A DNA stretch of 64,000 bases from the NCBI GenBank assembly GCA_041752695.1, contig JBGSVZ010000009.1, positions 76,984-140,983 of the forward strand, given 5' to 3'. The notes under the pieces are model-generated. The model ran no database searches. It worked only from the letters and a program-made list of their open reading frames with translations, and had not been told where the DNA came from. Positions 54,711 through 64,000 of this stretch are shown here, in pieces. The position numbers and the translations under genes were made by a program. This stretch comes from Terrimicrobiaceae bacterium. Its GTDB lineage: Bacteria > Verrucomicrobiota > Verrucomicrobiia > Chthoniobacterales > Terrimicrobiaceae. Numbering within the stretch: the stretch's first letter is position 1; the number at the start of each line of letters is the position of its first letter.

Positions 54711-55499
54711 TCAGAACACCTGCCAGGCGGGCTTTTGTTCGAAAACCCAACGGTAGTAGTCCAGCCGCGAGAGACGCGCCGCCGCCGCCTCATCGGTAAA
54801 GACTTTTGCCACTGGGTGCATCTGCAGGATGGATGCCGGAACCGAAGCCGTCACCGGGCCTTCCACCGCGCCCACCACGGCCGCCGCCTTGCCGGCTCCG
54901 AAACCCAACAGACAAATCTCGCGCGCCTCCATGATCGTGCCCACCCCCATCGTGATGACGTGGAAAGGCACGGGATCCGGGGGGGTAAAAAACGCCGCGT
55001 TGTCCGCGCGCGTGCGGGCCGTCAGCGTCTTGATCCGAGTGCGCGATGCCAGGGAGGAACCCGGCTCGTTAAAACCAATATGACCGTCGCCCCCGATGCC
55101 AAGGATCTGCAGATCCAGTCCCCCGGCGCGGCGGATATTCTCCTCATAGCACGCGCAGTATTCCTCAATGCCCGCCCCGTCCACCTGGCCGGAGGGGATG
55201 AAGGTTCGCTCCGGATTCACGTTGATATGACGGAAAAGGTTTTCCGCCATGAAGTAGTTATAGGAGGAAGGATGGCTTGGGCGCAGTCCCACGTATTCAT
55301 CGAGATTAAACGTCGTGACATGCTGAAAATCCAAACCCTCCTCGCGGTGCAGACGGATCAGTTCCGCATACAGCGCCAGCGGGGAACTTCCAGTTGCCAG
55401 TCCGAGGACGGCGTCGGGTTTCTTCCGAATCAGGGCCGCCACACGGCGGGCCGCGAGCAGGCTGGCGGCCGCGCCATCGGGTTGAATGATGATTTCCAT
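54711..55499 (-). CDS. nagB: Glucosamine-6-phosphate deaminase
   Basis: LGLATGSSP, FNLDEYVG, GHIGFNEPGS and VPASILQMH. Confidence 0.96.
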   Translation of the reverse strand: MEIIIQPDGAAASLLAARRVAALIRKKPDAVLGLATGSSPLALYAELIRLHREEGLDFQHVTTFNLDEYVGLRPSHPSSYNYFMAENLFRHINVNPERTFIPSGQVDGAGIEEYCACYEENIRRAGGLDLQILGIGGDGHIGFNEPGSSLASRTRIKTLTARTRADNAAFFTPPDPVPFHVITMGVGTIMEAREICLLGFGAGKAAAVVGAVEGPVTASVPASILQMHPVAKVFTDEAAAARLSRLDYYRWVFEQKPAWQVF

Positions 55500-55503
55500 G
55501 ATC

Positions 55504-56361
55504 TTAACGGCGCAAGGCGCGCTCCAGGTTCCCCTCCACATTCTTGCGGAAGCGATCGATAAAATCCAACGTGAACCCGATCACATCCAGACTGTCGTCC
55601 CGCAGGAGCGGCGTGAGATCCATGGCAAAAGAAAGATGGGTGGCGTGGTCCACCTGGTGGGCGGTGAAATAGGTCGCATTGGCGCGACGCCGGCCATCCG
55701 TGGCGAGATCGTAGCGTTTCCCACCGGCGATCTGGGAGGCAAACGTCTGGTTGAGTCCGGCGGCAAGTTCCGGCCGCCCGCTCACATCCAGCGCGATTTT
55801 TTCCGCGTCGTTCATCCAATCGAGGCCGCGCCAGACCTCACAGCCCAGCAGCCGCGCCGGACGGCGTTCGCGCGGCAGAGCCCGCAAGGCATCCACCACG
55901 GCGGCCAGGACATGCAAATGGGTCTCGTGTTTATCCGCGGGGTTGTGGGTGTAAACCACCTCCGGGGTCATCAGGGCAAAAATTGCCTGCAGGTCGGGAA
56001 GCAGCGGGTTGACGGCCGCCGTCTTTAACTCGGCGGTAGGCACATCGAGCTGGATCATCACCCCGAACTTTCCCAACCGCGCGGCCGTGCGTTGTTCCTC
56101 GCGGCGGATGCCGCGCATTTCCTCATTGGTGAAGTGGGAAAAAGGCCCCTGCCGGGCGCTCCCCGCGCCATCCGTGCAGGTGACTCCCCCGAACGAGCGA
56201 TCCGTCCGCTCGAAACACTCGAGGATGCCGTGATAGGCCATGAATTCGAGATCATCCTGGTGCGCGCCGATGCCAAGATGGGTAATGCGTGCCGCCGCTT
56301 TTTCCAGAGAATCGCCATCCGGAACAAAGACATCCGCGCCAGGCCGGGAAAACACAGTCAT
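55504..56361 (-). CDS. PIG-L/LmbE family deacetylase
   Basis: GAHQDD, TDG, RREEQ and THNPADKHETH metal motifs. Confidence 0.9.
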   Translation of the reverse strand: MTVFSRPGADVFVPDGDSLEKAAARITHLGIGAHQDDLEFMAYHGILECFERTDRSFGGVTCTDGAGSARQGPFSHFTNEEMRGIRREEQRTAARLGKFGVMIQLDVPTAELKTAAVNPLLPDLQAIFALMTPEVVYTHNPADKHETHLHVLAAVVDALRALPRERRPARLLGCEVWRGLDWMNDAEKIALDVSGRPELAAGLNQTFASQIAGGKRYDLATDGRRRANATYFTAHQVDHATHLSFAMDLTPLLRDDSLDVIGFTLDFIDRFRKNVEGNLERALRR

Positions 56362-56487
56362 GCCCGCAGGCTAGAAGCTGGCCCGGTTTCCTCCAGCCCC
56401 TTTTTCTAGAATTGCAGCACGAAACCCACCGCTCTCCGGGTGGGACTTGAAGTCCCGAAGCAAAAGCCCCAACCTCCCGGCCTTACG

Positions 56488-57267
56488 ATGCTTTTTTGGT
56501 CCCGCCTTCGCGCACGCCTGCAAGGCGCCATTTTTTCCGGAATCGTGCTGCTTTTTCTGTCGTTTCCGGTCGCTGTCCAGGCCGCCGATCCCTTTGCGAC
56601 CGGCGACGCCCTCGACAGGGCCGGCCGCCACGAAGAGGCGTTGGTGGTTTATCAGGAACTGGCGGCCCGCACCCCGGAGGACGCCGGAGTCCTCCACCGG
56701 CTCGCCAAACAATACGACCAGCTCGCCGCTTCCGCGACAACCGAGGCGGAAAAAAAGCGCCTGGGCGACCAATCCCTCGACGCGGCCCAGAGCGCGGTGA
56801 AGGCCGATCCAAAAAGTTCCCCCGCCCATCTCGCCCTGGCCATCGCTTATGGCCGCCAGGCGCTCACCGCCCCGTCCCGCCGCAAGGTGGAGCTTTCCAA
56901 ACTCATTAAGGAAGAGGCGGAACTCGCCGCACAGCTCGACCCCGGGAACGATCTCGCATGGTTTATTCTGGGGCGCTGGAACTTTGAAATGGCAAACTTT
57001 AGCCCCCTGCTCAAGGGACTCGCGCAGGTGATCTACGGAAAATTCCCCGACGCCTCCCACAAAACGGCGGCCCTGTGTTTTGAGAAAGCCATCGCCGCCG
57101 GACCTCCCCGGGTCGCCAACCACGTGGAATACGGACGCACCCTGCTGGCCCTCGGCAAGAAAAACGACGCTCGCAAACACCTGGAAAAGGGTCTATCCCT
57201 ACCGTCCAAAACCAAGGACGATGAAGAGACCAAGCAGCGCGCCCGCCAGGCGCTCCAAGAGCTTTAG
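56488..57267 (+). CDS. Exported TPR protein, RMDN/RMD1-like
   Basis: Signal-peptide-like N-terminus ending VQA-A, TPR helices, C-terminal GRWNFEMAN...AQVIYG-P-AS...FEKA. Confidence 0.8.
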   Translation: MLFWSRLRARLQGAIFSGIVLLFLSFPVAVQAADPFATGDALDRAGRHEEALVVYQELAARTPEDAGVLHRLAKQYDQLAASATTEAEKKRLGDQSLDAAQSAVKADPKSSPAHLALAIAYGRQALTAPSRRKVELSKLIKEEAELAAQLDPGNDLAWFILGRWNFEMANFSPLLKGLAQVIYGKFPDASHKTAALCFEKAIAAGPPRVANHVEYGRTLLALGKKNDARKHLEKGLSLPSKTKDDEETKQRARQALQEL

Positions 57268-57283
57268 CCCCCGGCACTGACGC

Positions 57284-58381
57284 ATGCCCCGCATTCTTAT
57301 CCTCACCGCCAGCATGGGCGAGGGTCACAACACGGCCGCCCGCAATATCAGCGAAGCCCTCACCGCCGAGACCGGCGGCACGGCCGAGGTCCTGGTGGCC
57401 GACCCCTACACGCGCACCAATCCGCTGGTCAACAAGCTGGTGCAAAAGGGCTACGCCACCGCCATCAACCGCTACCCACGCGCCTGGAAAGTTGTGTTTG
57501 CCCTCCTCAACCGCCGCGGCGTGGTCGAAGGCATGGGGCCCATGCTCAAGGAACTGACCGATGCGGTGAAGGGACTGATTACCGAATTCCAGCCCGATAT
57601 CATCGCCTCAACCTATCCGGTTTTTTCCTTCCTGATCGCGAAAATCCGGAAACGCCATCCCGCGATCAACGCGCCGTTTTACACGGTCATCACCGACTCC
57701 ACCTTCATCAGTTCGGCCTGGTACCGCTGCCCGAGCGACGGGGCCTTGGTGGCGGACGACCTTACCGCCGCAGTGCTGCGCAGCGATGGCGTGCCCGAGG
57801 AGCGCATCCATGTGCTGGGGTTTCCCGTCAATCCGATCTTCGAGACCCTGGAACCCGCTCCCGCGCCGCCGGACGGAAAGTGGAAGGTCCTGTTTTTCCC
57901 CGGAGGAAAAACCGAGGCGGCCATCGCTTCCCTGGAACACCTTGCGAAAATCCCCAACCTCAGCGTGACGGTCGTCACCGGGCGGCGGCAACGCGTCTTC
58001 CGCCAGCTTCAGGAGGCCGGCCACCCGTCCAACGGAGAGTTGATCGGATGGACCCAGGAAATGCCGCGCCTGATGACCTCACACCACATCTTTGTCGGCA
58101 AAGCCGGCGGCGCGACTGTCCAGGAAGCCATCGCGGCGCAGATTCCGTTTCTGGTCAGCCACATCGTGCCCGGCCAGGAGGAGGGGAACATCTCGCTGAT
58201 CGAACAGACCGGCATCGGCGCTCTCGCCGTGGGGGCTCCCCAGCGCATTCACGACATTATCCTCGGCGCCATGGCCAACGACGGCGCCATGTGGAATGCC
58301 TGGCGGGCCAATCTTTCCGCGACCCGCAAAGTCGGAGCGTCCCGCAACATCGCCCGCTTTTTGCTGGAACGGATTCGCTGA
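57284..58381 (+). CDS. MGDG synthase/UgtP-family glycosyltransferase (GT28)
   Basis: ASMGEGHNTAA, VITD, GKAGGAT and PGQEEGN. Confidence 0.92.
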   Translation: MPRILILTASMGEGHNTAARNISEALTAETGGTAEVLVADPYTRTNPLVNKLVQKGYATAINRYPRAWKVVFALLNRRGVVEGMGPMLKELTDAVKGLITEFQPDIIASTYPVFSFLIAKIRKRHPAINAPFYTVITDSTFISSAWYRCPSDGALVADDLTAAVLRSDGVPEERIHVLGFPVNPIFETLEPAPAPPDGKWKVLFFPGGKTEAAIASLEHLAKIPNLSVTVVTGRRQRVFRQLQEAGHPSNGELIGWTQEMPRLMTSHHIFVGKAGGATVQEAIAAQIPFLVSHIVPGQEEGNISLIEQTGIGALAVGAPQRIHDIILGAMANDGAMWNAWRANLSATRKVGASRNIARFLLERIR

Positions 58382-58400
58382 TTTTTCGCCCGGGGAAAAA

Positions 58401-59564
58401 CTAAATCCGCACCATCCGGATTTTATCCAGTTTGAGCACGCCGGATTCGCCTTCCGGCAGGGACGCTTTCACATCGGGAATCTTTTCGCCGCGCCACTGC
58501 ACGCTACCCCCTTCAACGAGACGGCGGGCGTCCCCGCGAGACTTCGTGATCTGGAAACATTGGGCATACGCTTCGACCGCCAGGCTGACAAAATCCCGGG
58601 GACCGGCCGGAACGAAAGTCGGGAGGTCGGCCTGCGCGAGATCCTTTTTGCTGAAGCGGGTTTCAAATTCCGTCCGGGCGGCCTGGCCCGCGGCGGGATC
58701 GTGGAACCGTGCAGTGATGCGCTCGGCGAGGGATTTTTTGGCCTCCATCGGGTGCTGGCCGGCGGGAATTTCCTCCCGCAGGAGAATCTCGTAATAGCGC
58801 GGCATCAACTCGTCGCTGATGCTCATGAGTTTGCCGAACATGTCGGTCGGGCTCTCGTTGAGCGCGACGTAATTTCCCAGGCTCTTGCTCATCTTCTGCT
58901 TGCCGTCGAGTCCCTCCAGAATGGGCATGACCATGCAGACCTGCTGGGGCTGGCCTTCTTCTTTTTGCAGGTCGCGACCGACCATGATGTTAAAAAGCTG
59001 GTCGGTGCCGCCGAGTTCGACATCGGCCTTGATCATCACGGAATCCCAACCCTGCATGATGGGGTATTGGATTTCATGCGCGCGAATGGGCTGCCCTTTG
59101 TCGAGGCGCTCGCGGAAATCTTCGCGCACCAACATCTGCTGAAGAGTGACGCGGCTGTTGAGCTTGATGACCTCCTCGAAACTCATGGCCTCAAACCACT
59201 CGCCATTAAAAACGATGCGCAGGCGGTCCCGGCTGAGAATTTTAAAGGCCTGTTCCTGGTAACTCCTGGCGTTGGAGAGCACCTGTTCGTGCGTCAACTG
59301 AGGGCGGGTGACGGAACGGCCGCTGGGGTCGCCGATCATCGCGGTGAAATCCCCGATGATCAAAATGGCGTCGTGGCCGAGGTCTTGAAAATCGCGCAGC
59401 TTGCTCAGACCGACACTGTGACCGAGGTGAATGTCGGGCGCGGTGGGATCGACGCCGAGCTTGACCCGGAGCGGGCGACCGAGGGCGAGTTTGGCGCGAA
59501 GTTCCTCGACGTTGAGAACCTTTTCGCAACCACGGCAGAGAAAATCCAATGTATCTGAGACCAT
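58401..59564 (-). CDS. tyrS: Tyrosine--tRNA ligase
   Basis: GVDPTAPDIHLGH, GGTDQ, KMSKSLGN and S4-like C-terminus. Confidence 0.98.
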   Translation of the reverse strand: MVSDTLDFLCRGCEKVLNVEELRAKLALGRPLRVKLGVDPTAPDIHLGHSVGLSKLRDFQDLGHDAILIIGDFTAMIGDPSGRSVTRPQLTHEQVLSNARSYQEQAFKILSRDRLRIVFNGEWFEAMSFEEVIKLNSRVTLQQMLVREDFRERLDKGQPIRAHEIQYPIMQGWDSVMIKADVELGGTDQLFNIMVGRDLQKEEGQPQQVCMVMPILEGLDGKQKMSKSLGNYVALNESPTDMFGKLMSISDELMPRYYEILLREEIPAGQHPMEAKKSLAERITARFHDPAAGQAARTEFETRFSKKDLAQADLPTFVPAGPRDFVSLAVEAYAQCFQITKSRGDARRLVEGGSVQWRGEKIPDVKASLPEGESGVLKLDKIRMVRI

Positions 59565-59582
59565 AAAAAATTGGGAAGGGCC

Positions 59583-60191
59583 TCAGTGGTTTTTGTTCAG
59601 AAGTTCGCGCACTTGCTCAACCGTGAGGTTCTTTTGGCTGGAGATGTTGTCCATCATCCCCTGGGCCTTGCCGTCCACCGTGGTCGAACGGGTGGGTAGC
59701 GCCTCCAGACGCTCCCCGGTCTTCTTGTCGGCCTGATAAAACTCCCGGACGTCGGCCCCATCCACCGCAAACTTTCGATCCGCGTTGGCAATGTTTGTTT
59801 TGCTCCAGAGAATGGCCTTGTCCGTCTCGACGGTTTTGCGTCCGAACCACGGGTTTTTGATGCCGAAAAATGTGCGCGTGGCAAACGAGTCCGGGGACAC
59901 CTTGTCGTTCAAGGCAAATTCCTTCTGTCCGGAAAGCGATTTGCCAAATTCCCCACCCGCGCTGGAAAAGGTCTTGTCGGAAAATTCCGTCTTCAATGAA
60001 GCGTCGTGTTTTTTGCGTTTCCCAGGCTTGCCGCTTTCATTCACGTTCATCGCGGCCATGGCTTTCTGGGTGGACGCATCCCAACGTTTCACCATGGAGG
60101 AGTCCGGATAAAACTGCATGTTGTGACTGTTCTGTGCATGGCAGGTGATCGAGACGATCGACCAGACAAAGAGACAGAAACTCAGGCGCAT
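59583..60191 (-). CDS. Exported hypothetical protein
   Basis: Signal peptide MRLSFCLFVWSIVSITCHA; C-terminal LTVEQVRELLNK. Confidence 0.78.
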   Translation of the reverse strand: MRLSFCLFVWSIVSITCHAQNSHNMQFYPDSSMVKRWDASTQKAMAAMNVNESGKPGKRKKHDASLKTEFSDKTFSSAGGEFGKSLSGQKEFALNDKVSPDSFATRTFFGIKNPWFGRKTVETDKAILWSKTNIANADRKFAVDGADVREFYQADKKTGERLEALPTRSTTVDGKAQGMMDNISSQKNLTVEQVRELLNKNH

Positions 60192-60197
60192 ACGAGG

Positions 60198-60227
60198 AGT
60201 GTAAACCGGGAAGTCTCCCGATGGCAA
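60198..60227 (-). promoter_or_regulatory. Sigma70-like promoter, probably leaderless
   Basis: TTGCCA-18 nt-TACACT, 6 nt before ATG 60191. Confidence 0.5.
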
Positions 60228-60242
60228 GCCAGCCCCTTCGGA

Positions 60243-63200
60243 TCAGGGGGCGTCCAGCTTCTGCAGCTGACCAGTCGCGGCCAGACTATCCTCCGGAGAA
60301 GAGTACGATTCCAACAGTACTTGATAAACTTTCCTGGCCTGATCGGGCTGTCCGGCCCGCAGAAGTTCACGGGCCCAGGCGTCGGCAGTGACAAAAGAAC
60401 CCGGATGCAGTTCGTGGGCCCGGCGCAGGGCGGCCGCGCGGCCGGGGGGATCAGCTTCCGCATGACGAAGAAAAAACCGGGCCGCCTCGCGACGCATGTC
60501 CCAGGTTGCCTCGGGGCCGATCTCCGCGTTCCAGAGCCGGGCGGCGCGGGCGGAGTCGGACTTTTCCAATTTTTGCAAAAGCTCGCGACCGGAAACAACG
60601 GCGAGCGGATGGGCAACTATTTCCAGCCAGAGCCAGGCGCGGGACGTTTCATCGGCAGCGGCCAAACGGCCGGCGGCGGCGATTTGAAAATCCCGCAGAA
60701 CGGATGGCGTGAGCGAAAAAGCAGCAGTGCCCGGTTCGCGCGACGCCAGGTCTCCCAAGGCCAGGTGGTAGTCGGCCACCAGCGAACCGGATCCGTTCTG
60801 GGGGAACGTGATCGCCTGGGCAAGGGCAGCGCGGGCGTCGTCCATTTTTTGTGCGGCGAGAAATTGCCCGGCTGCCTGCCCCCAGAGCGCGGCGGTGGAG
60901 GCATCCACCGAGCGGGGGGGCATCGCCAGCAAATGCCTCCGCGCGGCGTCGGGGTTGCCGACGGCGAGTTCAAATCGCGCCAGATCCGGGCGGCGCGCGG
61001 GGTCAAAAGCCGCGATGCGTTCGATGGGAAACACCAGTTCCCGGGCCTCGGTTTCGCGACCGGATTTCCAGAGCGCCTCGGCCAGAAAGAGCGCGCGAAC
61101 GGAGTTGCCCGGGGCGCGAGTCACCAGCGCCGACATCACCCGGGCGGCGAGTTCGGGTTGGTCGGCCGACAAAAGCAATTGGCCCAGGCGATCCCAGGCC
61201 GCCTCGTGGAAATGGGCGTCGTCGAGGCTTTGATCGAGCACCTTCCCGAGCTCCGCAAAATTTTTCCCCTCCAGATAAAGCAGGGCAAGCACCTCCCCGG
61301 CTTCGCGCGTCCCCCGCCCATCGTCCCATTCCCGGGTCAATTCCTGCTCCAGCGCCGCCAGGCGGCCAAGGGTCGCGGAGAGGTCCTTGCGCAGGACAAA
61401 ATACTCCGGCAGCAGGGCCGGGTCCCGTTCGGCCAGCTTACGCAGGCGGGCCAGTTCCGCGGACCTCGCCGTTTCGGAAAGTTCCGGATGTCCGGTCAGA
61501 AAATCCCGGCCCGCGCGGAACCGCTCCGTCTTGGAGACGCCCTCGCGGTCCAGGTCAGCCAGCAATTCCGCGGCCTCTTTCGCCAAGGGAGCCTCGGCGG
61601 GAAAAAGCTCTTTGATTTTCTGAACAGCCGCCAGACGTTCCGGGGCGGAAGGTGCCGCCTCCTGCCGCAAGACATTGCGGGCCTCCTCGTCGCGCCCGAA
61701 ACCGGCATACAGACTCGCGAGCGTGAGCGACAGTCCCGGCCCGGCCGACGACAGTGCGCGGGCCTGCGACTCGACGTCCTCCAAAGCCTCCCGATGGCGG
61801 CCCAGGGCACAGAGCAGCCGGGCCCGTTGCTGAACGATAGCACGATGAGCCATACCCCCGGCTTGCATGCGATCGAGCAAGGCCAGGCTCTTCGAGTATT
61901 CGCCAACCTGCTCCCACACTGCGGCGAGCCGCAGGGCGGCGCTTTGCACCAGGGCTTGGCTGGGACCCGACCGGGGCTCGGTGAGGAGCTTTTCAAAATA
62001 CGCCGCCGCGACAGGTCGGGTGAGAGGGTCGTCGACAAAACCCAGCAACCCGGCCTTGACGGACTCATCGCGGGGATCGCGGCCGGTCAGGAGCTCCAAC
62101 ACCGCCGCGGCGCGATCCGCACGCCCGCTCCGTTTCAGGCGGTCGGCCAGCCTGAGAATCTCGTCATTGCCCGCCCCCCGCGCCGACCATTCCTTCAGGA
62201 GATACGGCAGACTCTCCTGGCGCGCGCCGGTCACCTGATTGGCGATGAGGAGAACCTCCGTCTGCGGCCGAAAATCCTGTCCCTGCATGGCGAGAAGCGC
62301 GCGATCCCGCGCCAGTTCCTGACGGTATAAATCCCTGGCAAGACGGGGAAGATTCCACTCCTCAAGTTGCACGCCGGCCTGTTGAATAAATTCGGCCCAC
62401 TCCCCGGACAGGCCGGGAGTGGCAAAAAGCGCCTGCAAATGCTCCGCGGCCGCGTCATGTTCTCCCTGCAAAGCCGCGAGCAGCGACGCGATGGCCTCCC
62501 GTTGCCCCGGTGTCTCCGGCGCTTTCAGGAGGCGGGGAAGTTCCGCGGCAAAATTCTCGCGCAGATCCTTCGGCGTGAGCAACCAGCGGGCACGGATGGC
62601 CGCGTAGAGGGGACTGCCCAACGCCAATGACGGCGGCAGGCAGCCCATGGCGCGGTCGAGGCACTCCACAGCACCGTCGGGGTCGCGCAAGGCGATCTTC
62701 CAGCGGGCAAACTCGAGCCAGGCCGCACTGGCAGGCGAGGTCTCCGCATCCACGCTGTCGGGCAGTTCGTCGGGAAGGCCCTGACCGAGCGCGCACGCCG
62801 CCCCGTAAAGGTTGCGCGAAGCCAGTACACCGCAAAGTTGCCAGCGTTTAATGGCGGGAGCCCCGGCCATCACCTGCGGTCCGTTCGGCCTCCAGCCGGC
62901 ATCGAGCAATCGGGTCAACGCCGCACTCACCATGTCCCACCGCGCGTCCAGGCGGGCCGGATCGGAGGAAGCCCATTTTGCCAGGCGCGCTCCCGCGCCC
63001 GCTTCCAGCAAAAGAGCCGCATAAACCTGCCCGGCCGCCTCCCGGGCCTCGGCCTCCAGCGGCAGTTTTTCGATTTCCGCAAACGCCTCTTCGGTGTCTC
63101 CGCTGGAGTGCAACGCCCAGATCCGTTCGAGGGGAAGGGTGAATTGTGCAAGCCACCCAGCCTTGCGCGGACTGTTGGCCAGCAGCCTTCCGGCCTGTCG

Positions 63201-64000
63201 GATGGCGAGCAACCGGCAGCCTTCCGTTTCGGTCTCCTGGGGACGCGGCCAGGGGACCGGCTGTCCCGGCGGACGGCGCCACCCGCCGGGACTCGAGACG
63301 ACAGCAGGCGGAGCAGGGGTACCTGCCAGGAGTTCGGGCAAAGGCAGGCAATTCTTGGCGGACGCAGGATCGGGCCGGGCGCGATCCAAGACCGACTCAA
63401 AATCCGCCAGCGCCTGCGAGCGGTCGCCACGCTCCAGAGCCATCGCCCCCAGCCTCAGCAAAATTTGCGGCGGGCAGCTTCCGAACTTCGCCGCGCCGCG
63501 GTAGCACAGTTCCATTTTCGCCTCATCGCCCGACCGGTCAAAATAGTCCGCCGCCGAGGCAAGCGCTGCCGGATCGCGGGCGTGCAGCGCAGCCACCGCC
63601 AACCAGGCCCCCCTGGCTTCCTCATGCTGTCCGGCCTGCTCGAGGAACCGCGCCAACTGCACCGACCTTGCCGGGTCCGGCTGACGCGCAAGCGCCATGA
63701 TTCTGCGGGTGAGGCGGGCCGCTTCGGGCCAGTCCCCCGCGTTCTCCGCCGCTTTGAGCAAGGGTTCCAACACTGCCACCGAGTCGGTAGCGCTGCGGTG
63801 CGATTCCAAGAGGGCGGTGCGCGCCTCGACCTTCCGGCCTTCCGCTTCAAGGAGGAAAACCTTGCCCAGTTCCCAGTGCCGTTCAGCCGGACTCTCCGCC
63901 AAGTGGCGCGCCAGCCGGTCGTGCCAGCCCTCCGCGACCCGATTGGCCGCGGCAAACGCCGCCGCCTCACGCAGCACGTCCTCCCGGGCGTCCGCATTTT
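60243..64000 (-). CDS. Very large TPR/alpha-solenoid protein, N-terminus beyond the window
   Basis: More than 1240 aa of Ala/Leu/Arg/Glu-rich helical repeats with G-x-x-x-x-A TPR-like units; the frame appears open to the right edge. Confidence 0.85.
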   Translation of the reverse strand, partial: NADAREDVLREAAAFAAANRVAEGWHDRLARHLAESPAERHWELGKVFLLEAEGRKVEARTALLESHRSATDSVAVLEPLLKAAENAGDWPEAARLTRRIMALARQPDPARSVQLARFLEQAGQHEEARGAWLAVAALHARDPAALASAADYFDRSGDEAKMELCYRGAAKFGSCPPQILLRLGAMALERGDRSQALADFESVLDRARPDPASAKNCLPLPELLAGTPAPPAVVSSPGGWRRPPGQPVPWPRPQETETEGCRLLAIRQAGRLLANSPRKAGWLAQFTLPLERIWALHSSGDTEEAFAEIEKLPLEAEAREAAGQVYAALLLEAGAGARLAKWASSDPARLDARWDMVSAALTRLLDAGWRPNGPQVMAGAPAIKRWQLCGVLASRNLYGAACALGQGLPDELPDSVDAETSPASAAWLEFARWKIALRDPDGAVECLDRAMGCLPPSLALGSPLYAAIRARWLLTPKDLRENFAAELPRLLKAPETPGQREAIASLLAALQGEHDAAAEHLQALFATPGLSGEWAEFIQQAGVQLEEWNLPRLARDLYRQELARDRALLAMQGQDFRPQTEVLLIANQVTGARQESLPYLLKEWSARGAGNDEILRLADRLKRSGRADRAAAVLELLTGRDPRDESVKAGLLGFVDDPLTRPVAAAYFEKLLTEPRSGPSQALVQSAALRLAAVWEQVGEYSKSLALLDRMQAGGMAHRAIVQQRARLLCALGRHREALEDVESQARALSSAGPGLSLTLASLYAGFGRDEEARNVLRQEAAPSAPERLAAVQKIKELFPAEAPLAKEAAELLADLDREGVSKTERFRAGRDFLTGHPELSETARSAELARLRKLAERDPALLPEYFVLRKDLSATLGRLAALEQELTREWDDGRGTREAGEVLALLYLEGKNFAELGKVLDQSLDDAHFHEAAWDRLGQLLLSADQPELAARVMSALVTRAPGNSVRALFLAEALWKSGRETEARELVFPIERIAAFDPARRPDLARFELAVGNPDAARRHLLAMPPRSVDASTAALWGQAAGQFLAAQKMDDARAALAQAITFPQNGSGSLVADYHLALGDLASREPGTAAFSLTPSVLRDFQIAAAGRLAAADETSRAWLWLEIVAHPLAVVSGRELLQKLEKSDSARAARLWNAEIGPEATWDMRREAARFFLRHAEADPPGRAAALRRAHELHPGSFVTADAWARELLRAGQPDQARKVYQVLLESYSSPEDSLAATGQLQKLDAP

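Noticed and set aside
60006..62330. 774-aa plus-strand ORF
   Set aside because: Antisense to the large TPR gene; composition is not protein-like.

Overview
GC-rich bacterial chromosomal window, most likely Verrucomicrobiota (Chthoniobacterales/Spartobacteria-like; inferred from the PEP-CTERM protein, the H-X9-DG prepilin, futalosine-pathway mqnC and overall gene style). It is mostly housekeeping and metabolic DNA: a 2-oxoacid dehydrogenase E1a/E1b/E2 operon, acpP, an RlmI-type methyltransferase, MoxR, ppk2, YhaM-type nuclease, mqnC, an ABC exporter, rdgB, leuS, alaS, tyrS, tandem class I and class II fructose-bisphosphate aldolases, a cfa/DUF1295 lipid-modification cluster and nagB with a PIG-L deacetylase. 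There are also two PIN-type toxin-antitoxin pairs and a KaiC-like ATPase/hybrid kinase pair. The most striking non-annotated signal is a REP-associated tyrosine transposase (RAYT, 35384-35983) bracketed precisely by 23-nt GGAG-type palindromic REP doublets. Seven such doublets occur in the window with clear compensatory stem changes. One sits in-frame inside the essential alaS gene, and three others supply the C-terminal residues and stop codons of alaS, a DNA-alkylation-repair gene and xdhC. Further repeat families are a GTAG-type doublet, a ~170-190 bp nested palindrome in two and a half copies, and heptamer arrays, one of them in-frame in leuS. Other items not in the ORF track are an unannotated 52-aa lipoprotein, a frameshifted LuxR remnant, a structured acpP leader and several apparently leaderless promoters. 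All protein calls come from motif recognition by eye; no database searches were run.
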